Positions 1 through 10,995 of a DNA stretch of 64,000 bases are shown in pieces. Position numbers and translations under genes: made by a program. This stretch comes from Escherichia coli. Its GTDB lineage: Bacteria > Pseudomonadota > Gammaproteobacteria > Enterobacterales > Enterobacteriaceae. A model generated the notes under the pieces. It was given only the letters and a program-made list of their open reading frames with translations. It ran no database searches and had not been told where the DNA came from. The first letter of the stretch is position 1; the number at the start of each line of letters is the position of its first letter. Location of the stretch: assembly GCF_017348835.2 (NCBI RefSeq), contig NZ_CP071375.1. The stretch is one strand, 5' to 3'.

Positions 1-261
1 ATCTTCACTCAGAACATCGTGGAGAAACGGAATGGTGAGGAGATCTTTGGGAAGCTGGCTCAGAGAGTCGCTGTCGAGAAAGAGGTCCGGCTCATTGAGA
101 TCGATTTGCAGATTGTTGTGCACCACCAGCGGCGACAACGTTTTTTCTGGCCCACTGCCAGCATATTGCAACGCCCAGACGCCAGCGGAAAGCAGTGCTA
201 TTGCGCCAAAACCTACAAGACCATAGAACCGCCAGCCTTTCGCCTTTTTTTCACCACTCAT
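1..261 (-). CDS. yfaA: YfaA-like (DUF2138) protein, first 87 codons; the gene runs off the left edge
   Basis: Minus-strand frame open from the window edge to the ATG at 259-261 (complement). Translation is MSGEKKAKGWRFYGLVGFGAIALLSAGVWALQYAGSGPEKTL..., with a hydrophobic N-terminal segment. The position just downstream of gyrA matches K-12 yfaA. It is absent from the ORF track because it has no stop in the window. Confidence 0.6.
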   Translation of the reverse strand, partial: MSGEKKAKGWRFYGLVGFGAIALLSAGVWALQYAGSGPEKTLSPLVVHNNLQIDLNEPDLFLDSDSLSQLPKDLLTIPFLHDVLSED

Positions 262-332
262 TGCCACATTCCTTGTGTATAGCCAGCCATTTTTTACGGG
301 CACAGCCAAACTTTACCGTGCCCTAATACGAC

Positions 333-392
333 AAAAGCCCAGACTTTGCAGCCTGGACTTTTCAATTCAAACAAGGGAGATAGCTCCCTTTT
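333..392 (-). terminator. Two tandem hairpins downstream of gyrA (probable intrinsic terminator)
   Basis: On the minus strand, AAGGGAG-CTAT-CTCCCTT (373-390) is followed by GTTTGAATT. Then AAAAGTCCAGGC-TGCAAA-GTCTGGGCTTTT (333-362) is followed by GT. The second stem needs G-U pairs that form only in the minus-strand RNA. Confidence 0.6.
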
Positions 393-409
393 GGCATGAA
401 GAAGTAAAA

Positions 410-3037
410 TTATTCTTCTTCTGGCTCGTCGTCAACGTCCACTTCCGGAGCGATTTCATCGTCCCCTTCCGCGGCACTGCCGTCGATGGTGTCCAGATCT
501 TCCTCGTCAACCGGTTCAGCAACACGTTGCAGACCCACTACGTTTTCATCTTCCGCAGTACGGATGAGGATCACGCCCTGGGTGTTACGGCCCACGATGC
601 TGATTTCTGAAACGCGAGTACGTACCAGCGTACCGGCGTCGGTGATCATCATGATCTGATCGCAATCATCTACCTGCACCGCGCCAACCACTAAACCGTT
701 ACGTTCGGTAACCTTGATGGAGATAACCCCTTTCGTCGCACGCGACTTAGTCGGGTATTCCGCCACTGCGGTACGTTTACCATAACCGTTCTGCGTTGCG
801 GTGAGGATTGCGCCATCGCCACGAGGCACGATCAGAGAGACGACTTTATCACCTTCGCCTAAACGAATACCGCGAACACCGGTGGTGTTGCAGCCCATCG
901 CACGGACAGAAGACTCTTTAAAGCGCACCACTTTACCTTCGGCGGAGAACAGCATTACTTCGTCTTCGCCGCTGGTCAGGTCAACGCCGATCAGCTCATC
1001 GCCTTCAACCAGTTTGATCGCCACTTTACCGGCGGTACGCAGACGGTTGAACTCGGTGAGGACGGTTTTCTTCACAGTACCGTTAGCGGTCGCCATGAAG
1101 ACTTTCACGCCTTCTTCAAACTCGGTCACCGGCAGGATCGCGGTGATACGTTCGTCCTGCTCCAGCGGCAGCAGGTTGACGATCGGACGACCGCGCGCGC
1201 CACGAGTGGCCTCCGGCAACTGGTAAACTTTCATCGAATAGACGCGACCACGGCTGGAGAAGCACAGAATATGGTCGTGCGTGTTCGCCACCAGCAGTCG
1301 GTCGATAAAGTCTTCTTCTTTAATACGTGCGGCAGATTTACCTTTCCCGCCACGACGCTGCGCTTCGTATTCAGAAAGCGGCTGATATTTAACGTAGCCC
1401 TGGTGAGAGAGCGTCACGACCACATCTTCCTGGGTGATCAGATCTTCCAGGTTGATGTCTGCGCTGTTGGCGGTGATTTCAGTACGACGTTTGTCACCGA
1501 ACTGTTCACGAACCAGCTCCAGCTCTTCACGGATCACTTCCATCAGACGATCGGCGCTACCAAGAATACGCAGCAGTTCCGCGATCTGATCCAGCAGCTC
1601 TTTGTATTCGTCGAGCAGTTTTTCGTGCTCAAGGCCGGTCAGTTTCTGCAAACGCAGATCCAGAATCGCCTGAGCTTGCTGTTCGGTCAGGTAGTACAGA
1701 CCATCACGCACGCCGAACTCTGGCTCCAGCCATTCCGGACGCGCAGCATCGTCGCCAGCACGTTCGAGCATCGCGGCAACGTTGCCCAGCTGCCACGGAT
1801 TAGCAACCAGCGCAGTTTTCGCTTCTGCAGGCGTCGGCGCATGACGGATCAGTTCGATGATCGGGTCGATGTTCGCCAGCGCCACGGCTAATGCTTCAAG
1901 GATATGAGCACGATCGCGAGCTTTACGCAGTTCGAAAATAGTACGACGGGTCACCACTTCACGGCGGTGACGAACAAACGCCGCGATGATGTCTTTCAGG
2001 TTCATGATCTTCGGCTGACCATGGTGCAATGCCACCATGTTGATACCGAAAGAAACCTGCAACTGGGTCTGGGAGTAGAGGTTGTTGAGCACAACTTCAC
2101 CGACCGCATCGCGTTTCACTTCAATCACGATGCGCATACCGTCTTTGTCAGACTCGTCACGCAGCGCGCTGATGCCTTCCACGCGTTTTTCTTTTACCAG
2201 TTCCGCAATCTTCTCGATCAGGCGCGCTTTGTTTACCTGATACGGAATTTCGTGGACGATAATGGTTTCACGTCCGGTTTTGGCGTCAACTTCCACTTCA
2301 GCACGGGCGCGGATATATACCTTGCCGCGACCGGTACGGTAAGCTTCTTCAATACCGCGACGACCGTTAATGATTGCCGCCGTCGGGAAGTCCGGCCCCG
2401 GGATGTATTCCATCAGCCCTTCAATGCTGATGTCTTCATCATCGATATACGCCAGACAACCGTTGATGACTTCCGTCAGGTTGTGCGGCGGGATGTTGGT
2501 TGCCATACCTACGGCGATACCGGAAGAACCGTTCACCAGCAGGTTAGGAATTTTGGTTGGCATGACGTCCGGAATTTTTTCCGTGCCGTCATAGTTATCA
2601 ACGAAATCGACCGTCTCTTTTTCGAGATCGGCCATCAGTTCATGGGCAATTTTCGCCAGACGGATTTCCGTATAACGCATTGCCGCCGCAGAGTCGCCGT
2701 CGATGGAACCGAAGTTACCCTGACCGTCTACCAGCATGTAACGCAGCGAGAATGGCTGCGCCATACGGACGATCGTGTCATAAACCGCCGAGTCACCATG
2801 GGGATGGTATTTACCGATTACGTCACCAACGACACGGGCAGATTTTTTATAGGCTTTGTTCCAGTCATTGCCTAGTACGTTCATGGCGTAAAGTACGCGA
2901 CGGTGTACCGGTTTCAGGCCATCTCGGACATCTGGCAGCGCACGGCCAACAATGACCGACATCGCATAATCCAGATAGGAGCTCTTCAGCTCTTCCTCAA
3001 TGTTGACCGGTGTAATTTCTCTCGCAAGGTCGCTCAT
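410..3037 (-). CDS. gyrA: DNA gyrase subunit A
   Basis: The 875-aa ORF begins [47 protein letters not shown]. The QRDR reads [11 protein letters not shown] (Ser83, Asp87). The acidic C-terminal tail is DDEPEEE. Confidence 0.99.
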   Translation of the reverse strand: MSDLAREITPVNIEEELKSSYLDYAMSVIVGRALPDVRDGLKPVHRRVLYAMNVLGNDWNKAYKKSARVVGDVIGKYHPHGDSAVYDTIVRMAQPFSLRYMLVDGQGNFGSIDGDSAAAMRYTEIRLAKIAHELMADLEKETVDFVDNYDGTEKIPDVMPTKIPNLLVNGSSGIAVGMATNIPPHNLTEVINGCLAYIDDEDISIEGLMEYIPGPDFPTAAIINGRRGIEEAYRTGRGKVYIRARAEVEVDAKTGRETIIVHEIPYQVNKARLIEKIAELVKEKRVEGISALRDESDKDGMRIVIEVKRDAVGEVVLNNLYSQTQLQVSFGINMVALHHGQPKIMNLKDIIAAFVRHRREVVTRRTIFELRKARDRAHILEALAVALANIDPIIELIRHAPTPAEAKTALVANPWQLGNVAAMLERAGDDAARPEWLEPEFGVRDGLYYLTEQQAQAILDLRLQKLTGLEHEKLLDEYKELLDQIAELLRILGSADRLMEVIREELELVREQFGDKRRTEITANSADINLEDLITQEDVVVTLSHQGYVKYQPLSEYEAQRRGGKGKSAARIKEEDFIDRLLVANTHDHILCFSSRGRVYSMKVYQLPEATRGARGRPIVNLLPLEQDERITAILPVTEFEEGVKVFMATANGTVKKTVLTEFNRLRTAGKVAIKLVEGDELIGVDLTSGEDEVMLFSAEGKVVRFKESSVRAMGCNTTGVRGIRLGEGDKVVSLIVPRGDGAILTATQNGYGKRTAVAEYPTKSRATKGVISIKVTERNGLVVGAVQVDDCDQIMMITDAGTLVRTRVSEISIVGRNTQGVILIRTAEDENVVGLQRVAEPVDEEDLDTIDGSAAEGDDEIAPEVDVDDEPEEE

Positions 3038-3081
3038 CTAACCGCTATCCCTCTACTGTATCCCGGATTCAAAGGTCGCAA

Positions 3082-3087
3082 ATTATA
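3082..3087 (-). promoter_or_regulatory. Candidate gyrA -10 hexamer
   Basis: The minus strand reads GTGTTATAATTTGCGACC. This gives a TATAAT about 45 nt upstream of the gyrA ATG, in the gyrA-ubiG divergent spacer. Confidence 0.5.
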
Positions 3088-3183
3088 ACACAGCCGCGCA
3101 GTTTGAGGTAAACCTATACGCTTTATTCACATCCAATGCCTGATATACTCGTTTGTCTTGCCAATTACGGAGTAGAAGTGCCA

Positions 3184-3906
3184 ATGAATGCCGAAAAATC
3201 GCCGGTAAACCATAACGTAGACCACGAAGAGATCGCTAAATTTGAAGCCGTCGCCTCCCGCTGGTGGGATCTTGAAGGTGAGTTCAAACCGTTGCACCGC
3301 ATTAATCCGCTACGTCTGGGCTATATTGCCGAGCGTGCTGGCGGTTTATTTGGCAAAAAGGTGCTCGATGTCGGTTGTGGCGGCGGCATTCTGGCCGAGA
3401 GTATGGCGCGCGAAGGCGCGACGGTGACCGGTCTGGATATGGGCTTTGAGCCATTGCAGGTGGCAAAGCTGCACGCGCTGGAAAGCGGCATTCAGGTGGA
3501 TTACGTGCAGGAAACCGTGGAAGAGCACGCGGCAAAACATGCCGGGCAGTATGATGTGGTGACCTGCATGGAGATGCTGGAGCACGTCCCCGATCCGCAG
3601 TCAGTAGTCAGAGCCTGTGCGCAACTGGTGAAACCGGGCGGCGATGTCTTTTTCTCGACGCTTAACCGCAACGGCAAGTCATGGCTGATGGCGGTGGTTG
3701 GCGCGGAATATATTTTGCGCATGGTGCCCAAAGGCACGCATGATGTGAAGAAGTTTATTAAACCGGCAGAGCTGCTTGGCTGGGTAGATCAGACAAGCCT
3801 TAAAGAGCGACATATAACCGGGCTACATTACAACCCGATCACTAATTCTTTTAAACTCGGCCCCGGCGTGGATGTGAACTATATGCTGCACACGCAGAAT
3901 AAGTGA
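3184..3906 (+). CDS. ubiG: Ubiquinone biosynthesis O-methyltransferase
   Basis: The track ORF 3136-3906 contains [38 protein letters not shown] starting at ATG 3184, which gives the 240 aa I recall for UbiG. The SAM-binding motif VLDVGCGGG is present. Confidence 0.95.
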   Translation: MNAEKSPVNHNVDHEEIAKFEAVASRWWDLEGEFKPLHRINPLRLGYIAERAGGLFGKKVLDVGCGGGILAESMAREGATVTGLDMGFEPLQVAKLHALESGIQVDYVQETVEEHAAKHAGQYDVVTCMEMLEHVPDPQSVVRACAQLVKPGGDVFFSTLNRNGKSWLMAVVGAEYILRMVPKGTHDVKKFIKPAELLGWVDQTSLKERHITGLHYNPITNSFKLGPGVDVNYMLHTQNK

Positions 3907-3942
3907 GGTTGTTGTTTGGATTCATCCGGCAACCGCGCCAAT

Positions 3943-4025
3943 GCCTGATGCGACGCTTGCCGCGTCTTATCAGGCCTACAAATGCTCTCCGTAGGCCAGA
4001 TAAGGCGTTTACGCCGCATCCGGCA
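3943..4025. repeat. REP pair (BIME) between convergent ubiG and yfaL
   Basis: GCCTGATGCGACGCTTGCCGCGTCTTATCAGGCCTAC, followed by an inverted copy GTAGGCCAGATAAGGCGTTTACGCCGCATCCGGCA. This is the classic E. coli REP consensus. Confidence 0.85.
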
Positions 4026-4046
4026 ATAGTGATGGTCAGACAGCGA

Positions 4047-7000
4047 TTACCATTTCACCGTCATCGACAAAAATCCTGCCGTCTGGGCAAAATCATCACT
4101 CCCTTTCTGCCACGCCACGCTGCCGCGCAGGGACACTCGCTGACTGATATTGCCCGTGACTCCCACTTTTATTTCACCCCGTTGCTTCACCGCATCGTCA
4201 CTGATAGTGCTGCCATCCTCTTCAATTTCCGTCGAATGGGGATCGTGATAATAATTCAGATCTAATGTTGGTATGACATGAACAGCGGTACGCCATTCGC
4301 TGTGTAAACCCAGCCGCGTCTGAATATCATCACCCTGCGATTGTGACACGCGCGCACGGTTAGCGGCGGTAAAATCATCCTGCTGCACGCCCTGATAAAT
4401 CACCTGCGCCTGCGGTTCAATCACCACACCACGCCCCGGTAACCATTGATACCCGGCTTCCAGCGAGGCGATAATCCCCGACGAATGGTAATGATCCGCG
4501 CCATCGTCTTGTTCGGAAACATCATTGTTAAACCACGCGTATTGCAGCCAGTTATCCAGCCAGGCCCCCTGCTTCTGATTACCGTGCTGAAACCAGCTTG
4601 AGGTTAGCCCAACGGCATAACCGTGGTTCTGGTTATCGGCGCGAGTTCCGGTCAGATTCGAGCGGCTGTCGCCCTGGTTATCGCTGTAGCCACCTACAAT
4701 CCCAAGCATCCACTCGCCATCATCGCCCCAGCGCCCGCTAAACAGATCGCCGCTTAGCTGCACCGTAGAAGTGTCTTCATGCTGAGCCAGTTGCCCTGCC
4801 GCCGTGTAATGATAACGTCCGCCGATAACACGTAAATTCAGCGTCTGACCATCGCCACCAGCGTGATCGCGTCGCTCCATCACAAACGCCTGATTTGCCG
4901 CCCGCAGGTTATTGAGATAACCGCCAACTTTGGCATTCAGCACCGGCTGGTAAGCGGGGATTGGATCGGGTGTTGGGTCAGGATCGGGGGTTGGGTCCGG
5001 GTCTGGATCAGGTGGCGATGGCGGCGTTACTTCTTGCGATCGCAGATACCAGTCGTTGTTATCTTCCACCAGCGTGTAGTCATACGCTCCCATGTTGACG
5101 TAGCCACTGCCTGCCAGACTGAACTGCGCATTGTTTTGAAACTGCGTGGGATCAGCTGCGAAATCAACCACTTTAATGCCTGTCGATGTCGGCTCACCAA
5201 TCCCTGTAATGGAGTTAACCACCACAGTTGTGTTGCCAGCAGTATTACCGTTCATCACCAATTGATCGCTTACCGAGTCATCGCCGTTTAATTCGCTATC
5301 GAGCAGTAGCGTACCGCCGCCGGTATAATCACCGTTTACCGTCAGCGTATCGCCAGCGACGCCATTTTGCAGGCTAACCGCACCGGACGTATTGGTCAGA
5401 TTGCCATTAACCGTCACGTTGGAAAGATAAGTCAGGCTGTCAGTTTCAAGGTTGGTATTAAGCTCACCTGTCAACGTCACACCATCGGTGGCATTCACCA
5501 GCGTCCCATCGCCGTTAAACAGTGAGGCATTAAGGGCGACGGAAGTATCCTGCCCGGTCAGGCGCAAAACCGTACCATCGCTGATGTCAATAGTGCCGCT
5601 GGAAATAGCATCAATTGACTGAATATCCTGATCCGCGCCAGTAACGAACGTTGCCCCATCACCAACCCACAGTGACGAAGCATAAGGAAGGATATCAGCA
5701 ACATCACCTTTCAGGGTGCCTTCTTCGACACGTACCGCCGACTGCGTTGTACCGCTGGCGGTCAGCTCCAGCGTACCCGCCCCCGTTTTCGTCAATGTGC
5801 TACCCTCATCCTGATGCTGCCCGCTGCTGTCAGCCATCAGTGCGCCCCACTGCGTGTCTACCCCCGCATCAACTGCCACTTCACCGTCGGCGCGCATTTC
5901 AATATCACGCCCATGCTCAGTCGTTGTAGAGCGAGTATCGACATTGGCAGTAATCTCCATCACGCTTTCTTGTTGATTATCGGTAAAGATAACCTGGCGG
6001 TTGTAATGGGTATCTCCAAGCTGCGAGTTGTCGCTCACCATCAGCGTACCGGAGGCGATTTGCGTTGTGCCGAGGTATTGATTGTCATTTGCCAGGCGGA
6101 CCTGCCCGTCACCCGCATCGATCACCACGTAGACGCCATCTTTCCCGTCACCGCCGATATGCATATCGTTTCCGCCTGCAAGATCTACCACATCCTGACT
6201 GCCGATAACCGTTCCGCTGCTGCCGCTGACTTCAAGGCCATCTTTGTATGATGTACCGCTCTGCCAGGTGGAGAAATCAGAGAGATCGAGCACACCGCCG
6301 TTTAACACGATCGACTGCGGATCGTCCTGGAGAGCGGCAAGATCTGCCGCGTCGCCTTCCAGCGAAAGCACCGCACCATCATCAACGACTATATCGCCGG
6401 TTAGCGCCATCGACGACGCTCCCGCCAGCACATAGCTGCCGTTTTGCGCAATGGTGAGCTGACCAGCACCTTCGATGGTGCCAGCAAAACTGCCTTCATT
6501 AACAGTAACATTGCCACCAGCATCGATATTTAAAGTGCCATTCTGAAAGCCCGTCAATGAGTGCACAAAGGTTTGTTGGGTGGAGCCAACATTTAGCTCT
6601 GCCTGATTCTGGTACTTATCAATACTCCCTATCGTCAGACCGTAGCAGTCTTGCGGATCGTCCTGGCAATGCGTATCGCCGACATTCATCAGGGAGTTGC
6701 TGCGGCCCAGGGTAACTTCACCGTTTTCAATCTGCATCTCACCAGTAAAGTCATTGTTATCTGCATTAAGTACCAGATCGCCGGAACCTGTTTTGGTGAT
6801 TAACCCGGTACCAGCAATAGAGTCAACAGCTCCGTCATTCTCTGTATTGCCAATAACCAGCGTTTTTCCGTCGGCAATATCAAATGTAACTTCACTTAAG
6901 CCGAGATACATAAAGCCACCCGCCGCAGAGGAAGGACCATCTCCATAGCCTGCTGCGCTATTGTTCTCATCGACTAACACGCCTCCGTTCTGGCTGTAGC

Positions 7001-7781
7001 TGTCATCAACAGAAATATCAATAAGATAGGGAGCCGTCGCGCTATTGGTATATATCGCCCCGCCATAACCTTCGGCAGTGTTATTTGTAAAGGCAGTGTT
7101 ATTTATTATCGTATAACCTGAAGGATGCTTGCTGTCGCTATTATTATCTGTGACATCGATTGCGCCGCCATCGCCATCACTGTAACTTGTTGATGTATAT
7201 GCCTGGTTATTGTTAAAAACATCATCACTTAAATAGATATCATTATTGATGGTATAAATTGCACCACCTTTGCCGTCATTAGCGATGTTATTGCGAAACA
7301 CGGCGTTAGTGACACGTAAATCGATGGCACCGGTATCGTTAGTACCAGAAGAATAGATTGCGCCACCATAGCCGCCTGCGACGTTACCAGAAAAAATAAC
7401 ATCCGTAAGATTCAGCGTTGAGTTTTCTTTAGCAAATATTGCCCCGCCGTTATTATATTCTCCTGAAACGGTGTTATTGGCAAACAGAGTCATTCCAGTT
7501 TCATTTTCTGGTGATAATGTAAATTCCGCTCCTTGTTGCAAAAATACGGCCCCACCGCTGGCATTATTGGTCATATCCGAAAAAACCAGCCATTGCCCAT
7601 CGGCGATGCTCCAGTCCTGCGTAATGCCTGCAAGGCTTTGCCTGCTGGCCTGGCAACTCGCTTTGATATCATATCCCTGGCATGAATCAGTGACTGCCGC
7701 AATGCCATTAGCAGAGAAGAGAGACGCAATCATTGACGGGAGTAAAGATAGATACTCCTTGCGTAGAAAAATAATTCGCAT
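4047..7781 (-). CDS. yfaL: AIDA-I type autotransporter adhesin YfaL
   Basis: The 1244-aa ORF has an N-terminal signal-like segment and repetitive GGAIY-type beta-helix passenger motifs. A Pro/Asp/Thr linker (PPSPPDPDPDPTPDPDPTPDPIP) follows. The C-terminal beta-barrel ends in ...GFLSMTVKW. Confidence 0.92.
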   Translation of the reverse strand: MRIIFLRKEYLSLLPSMIASLFSANGIAAVTDSCQGYDIKASCQASRQSLAGITQDWSIADGQWLVFSDMTNNASGGAVFLQQGAEFTLSPENETGMTLFANNTVSGEYNNGGAIFAKENSTLNLTDVIFSGNVAGGYGGAIYSSGTNDTGAIDLRVTNAVFRNNIANDGKGGAIYTINNDIYLSDDVFNNNQAYTSTSYSDGDGGAIDVTDNNSDSKHPSGYTIINNTAFTNNTAEGYGGAIYTNSATAPYLIDISVDDSYSQNGGVLVDENNSAAGYGDGPSSAAGGFMYLGLSEVTFDIADGKTLVIGNTENDGAVDSIAGTGLITKTGSGDLVLNADNNDFTGEMQIENGEVTLGRSNSLMNVGDTHCQDDPQDCYGLTIGSIDKYQNQAELNVGSTQQTFVHSLTGFQNGTLNIDAGGNVTVNEGSFAGTIEGAGQLTIAQNGSYVLAGASSMALTGDIVVDDGAVLSLEGDAADLAALQDDPQSIVLNGGVLDLSDFSTWQSGTSYKDGLEVSGSSGTVIGSQDVVDLAGGNDMHIGGDGKDGVYVVIDAGDGQVRLANDNQYLGTTQIASGTLMVSDNSQLGDTHYNRQVIFTDNQQESVMEITANVDTRSTTTEHGRDIEMRADGEVAVDAGVDTQWGALMADSSGQHQDEGSTLTKTGAGTLELTASGTTQSAVRVEEGTLKGDVADILPYASSLWVGDGATFVTGADQDIQSIDAISSGTIDISDGTVLRLTGQDTSVALNASLFNGDGTLVNATDGVTLTGELNTNLETDSLTYLSNVTVNGNLTNTSGAVSLQNGVAGDTLTVNGDYTGGGTLLLDSELNGDDSVSDQLVMNGNTAGNTTVVVNSITGIGEPTSTGIKVVDFAADPTQFQNNAQFSLAGSGYVNMGAYDYTLVEDNNDWYLRSQEVTPPSPPDPDPDPTPDPDPTPDPIPAYQPVLNAKVGGYLNNLRAANQAFVMERRDHAGGDGQTLNLRVIGGRYHYTAAGQLAQHEDTSTVQLSGDLFSGRWGDDGEWMLGIVGGYSDNQGDSRSNLTGTRADNQNHGYAVGLTSSWFQHGNQKQGAWLDNWLQYAWFNNDVSEQDDGADHYHSSGIIASLEAGYQWLPGRGVVIEPQAQVIYQGVQQDDFTAANRARVSQSQGDDIQTRLGLHSEWRTAVHVIPTLDLNYYHDPHSTEIEEDGSTISDDAVKQRGEIKVGVTGNISQRVSLRGSVAWQKGSDDFAQTAGFLSMTVKW

Positions 7782-8205
7782 ATTAATCTGACCATCATTT
7801 TATATAAGACGGCATATTTAAACGCATTATACAATATGGGTTATCTTTCTTTTGTAAATTGTCCAACCCGATGCAATAGCTATTTTGTTATTATTTGATG
7901 AATAGTATCAGTGCGTCATAATTCAAGTTAATAACCTTAAGGGATACCAGTTATATTTAAACTAAATTAAAGTAATGAATAATTTTCTTATAATATAAGG
8001 TAAATTAACAAAATGGCTTCGCATTTAACAATAACCGAATAGAAAACAACCATTTCGACATCAACAATCGCTTACATTCGCTTATATATTGACCACAACT
8101 GATACATCAGATTATGTGATGACTCGTGCTTAGATCAATTTTTGCAATCATTAGCAAAAAGATTAATAAACCATCTATATCAATTTATCCAACCTATTCT
8201 GCCGT

Positions 8206-8349
8206 TCAAGAAATCGCCGAACAGTTATTTTTAACAAATTTTTCTCTTCCCATTGACTTTCCCGGACACCTTGTCTGACCTAAGGTGCGCGAAAGCCACT
8301 TTTTCCTTCCTGAGTTATCCACAAAGTTATGCACTTGCAAGAGGGCCAT
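8206..8349 (-). CDS. ypaB: 47-codon ORF overlapping the nrdA promoter region (ypaB-like)
   Basis: Hand translation of the minus strand gives MALLQVHNFVDNSGRKKWLSRTLGQTRCPGKSMGREKFVKNNCSAIS, then a stop. The length and position match my uncertain recollection of the K-12 ypaB annotation. No clear SD was seen, so it may not be expressed. Confidence 0.3.
   Translation of the reverse strand: MALLQVHNFVDNSGRKKWLSRTLGQTRCPGKSMGREKFVKNNCSAIS
8315..8335 (+). promoter_or_regulatory. Two DnaA boxes upstream of the nrdAB promoter
   Basis: TTATCCACA (8315-8323) and TTATGCACT (8327-8335) lie immediately upstream of a TTGCAA -35-like hexamer (8335-8340). This matches the known arrangement at E. coli nrd. 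Confidence 0.6.
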
Positions 8350-8352
8350 TTT

Positions 8353-8400
8353 CACACTATCTTGCAGTGAATCCCAAACATACCCCCTATATATAGTGTT
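8353..8400 (+). promoter_or_regulatory. Two NrdR boxes at the nrdAB promoter
   Basis: CACACTATCTTGCAGTG (8353-8369) and CCCCCTATATATAGTGTT (8383-8400). Both are partially palindromic 16-mers resembling the NrdR box, and their starts are about 31 bp apart (three helical turns). Confidence 0.6.
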
Positions 8401-8476
8401 CTAAGCAGCTTCCCGTACTACAGGTAGTCTGCACGAAACTATTGCGGAAAGAATTCCAAAAACAGGTACGACATAC

Positions 8477-10762
8477 ATGAATCAGAATCTGCTGGTGACA
8501 AAGCGCGACGGTAGCACAGAGCGCATCAATCTCGACAAAATCCATCGCGTTCTGGATTGGGCGGCAGAAGGACTGCATAACGTTTCGATTTCCCAGGTCG
8601 AGCTGCGCTCCCACATTCAGTTTTATGACGGTATCAAGACCTCTGACATCCACGAAACTATTATCAAGGCTGCCGCAGACCTGATCTCCCGTGATGCGCC
8701 GGATTATCAGTATCTCGCCGCGCGCCTGGCGATCTTCCACCTGCGTAAAAAAGCCTACGGCCAGTTTGAGCCGCCTGCGCTGTACGACCACGTGGTGAAA
8801 ATGGTCGAGATGGGCAAATACGATAATCATCTGCTGGAAGACTACACGGAAGAAGAGTTCAAGCAGATGGACACGTTTATCGATCACGACCGTGATATGA
8901 CCTTCTCTTATGCTGCCGTTAAGCAACTGGAAGGCAAATATCTGGTACAGAACCGCGTGACCGGCGAAATCTACGAAAGCGCCCAGTTCCTTTATATTCT
9001 GGTTGCCGCGTGCCTGTTCTCGAACTACCCGCGTGAAACGCGCCTGCAATATGTGAAGCGTTTTTACGACGCGGTTTCCACATTTAAAATTTCGCTGCCG
9101 ACGCCAATCATGTCCGGCGTGCGTACCCCGACTCGTCAGTTCAGCTCCTGCGTACTGATCGAGTGCGGCGACAGCCTGGATTCCATCAACGCCACCTCCA
9201 GCGCGATTGTGAAATATGTTTCCCAGCGTGCCGGGATCGGCATCAACGCCGGGCGTATTCGTGCGCTGGGTAGCCCGATTCGCGGTGGCGAAGCGTTCCA
9301 TACCGGCTGCATTCCGTTCTACAAACATTTCCAGACTGCGGTGAAATCCTGCTCTCAGGGCGGTGTGCGCGGCGGTGCGGCAACGCTGTTCTACCCGATG
9401 TGGCATCTGGAAGTGGAAAGCCTGCTGGTGTTGAAAAACAACCGTGGTGTGGAAGGCAACCGCGTGCGCCATATGGACTACGGGGTACAGATCAACAAAC
9501 TGATGTATACCCGCCTGCTGAAAGGTGAAGATATCACCCTGTTCAGCCCGTCCGACGTACCGGGGCTGTACGACGCATTCTTCGCCGATCAGGAAGAGTT
9601 TGAACGTCTGTATACCAAATATGAGAAAGACGACAGCATCCGCAAGCAGCGTGTGAAAGCCGTTGAGCTGTTCTCGCTGATGATGCAGGAACGTGCGTCT
9701 ACCGGTCGTATCTATATTCAGAACGTTGACCACTGCAATACCCATAGCCCGTTTGATCCGGCCATCGCGCCAGTGCGTCAGTCTAACCTGTGCCTGGAGA
9801 TAGCCCTGCCGACCAAACCGCTGAACGACGTCAACGACGAGAACGGTGAAATCGCGCTGTGTACGCTGTCTGCTTTCAACCTGGGCGCAATTAATAGCCT
9901 GGATGAACTGGAAGAGCTGGCAATTCTGGCGGTTCGTGCACTTGACGCGCTGCTGGATTATCAGGATTACCCGATCCCGGCCGCCAAACGTGGAGCGATG
10001 GGTCGTCGTACGCTGGGTATTGGTGTGATCAACTTCGCTTACTACCTGGCGAAGCATGGTAAACGCTACTCCGACGGCAGCGCCAACAACCTGACGCATA
10101 AAACCTTCGAAGCGATTCAGTATTACCTGCTGAAAGCGTCTAATGAGCTGGCGAAAGAGCAAGGCGCGTGCCCGTGGTTTAACGAAACCACTTACGCGAA
10201 AGGGATCCTGCCGATCGATACCTATAAGAAAGATCTGGATACCATCGCTAATGAGCCGCTGCATTACGACTGGGAAGCTCTGCGTGAGTCAATCAAAACG
10301 CACGGCCTGCGTAACTCCACGCTTTCTGCTCTGATGCCGTCCGAGACTTCTTCGCAGATCTCTAACGCCACTAACGGTATTGAACCGCCGCGCGGTTACG
10401 TCAGCATCAAAGCGTCGAAAGACGGTATTCTGCGCCAGGTGGTGCCGGACTACGAGCATCTGCACGACGCCTATGAGCTGCTGTGGGAAATGCCGGGTAA
10501 CGATGGCTACCTGCAACTGGTGGGTATCATGCAGAAATTTATCGATCAGTCGATCTCTGCTAACACCAACTACGATCCGTCACGTTTCCCGTCAGGAAAA
10601 GTGCCGATGCAGCAGTTGCTGAAAGACCTGCTCACCGCCTACAAATTCGGGGTCAAAACGCTGTATTATCAGAACACCCGTGACGGCGCTGAAGACGCGC
10701 AGGACGATCTGGTGCCGTCAATCCAGGACGATGGCTGCGAAAGCGGCGCATGTAAGATCTGA
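8477..10762 (+). CDS. nrdA: Class Ia ribonucleotide reductase alpha subunit
   Basis: The 761-aa ORF begins [33 protein letters not shown] (ATP-cone) and ends in ...[11 protein letters not shown] (C-terminal redox cysteines). Confidence 0.99.
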
Positions 10763-10770
10763 TATTGAGA

Positions 10771-10971
<201 letters not shown>

Positions 10972-10995
10972 TTAAACTCCCAACAGGACACACTC

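Noticed and set aside
8387-10264. A 625-codon ORF antisense to nrdA, the longest non-annotated ORF in the window
   Set aside because: It lies entirely within nrdA on the opposite strand. Its product is Arg/Val/Gln/His-rich with no motif. Long shadow ORFs like this are expected opposite highly expressed genes, because the reverse complements of stop codons (TTA, CTA, TCA) are rare codons. There is no SD or promoter evidence.
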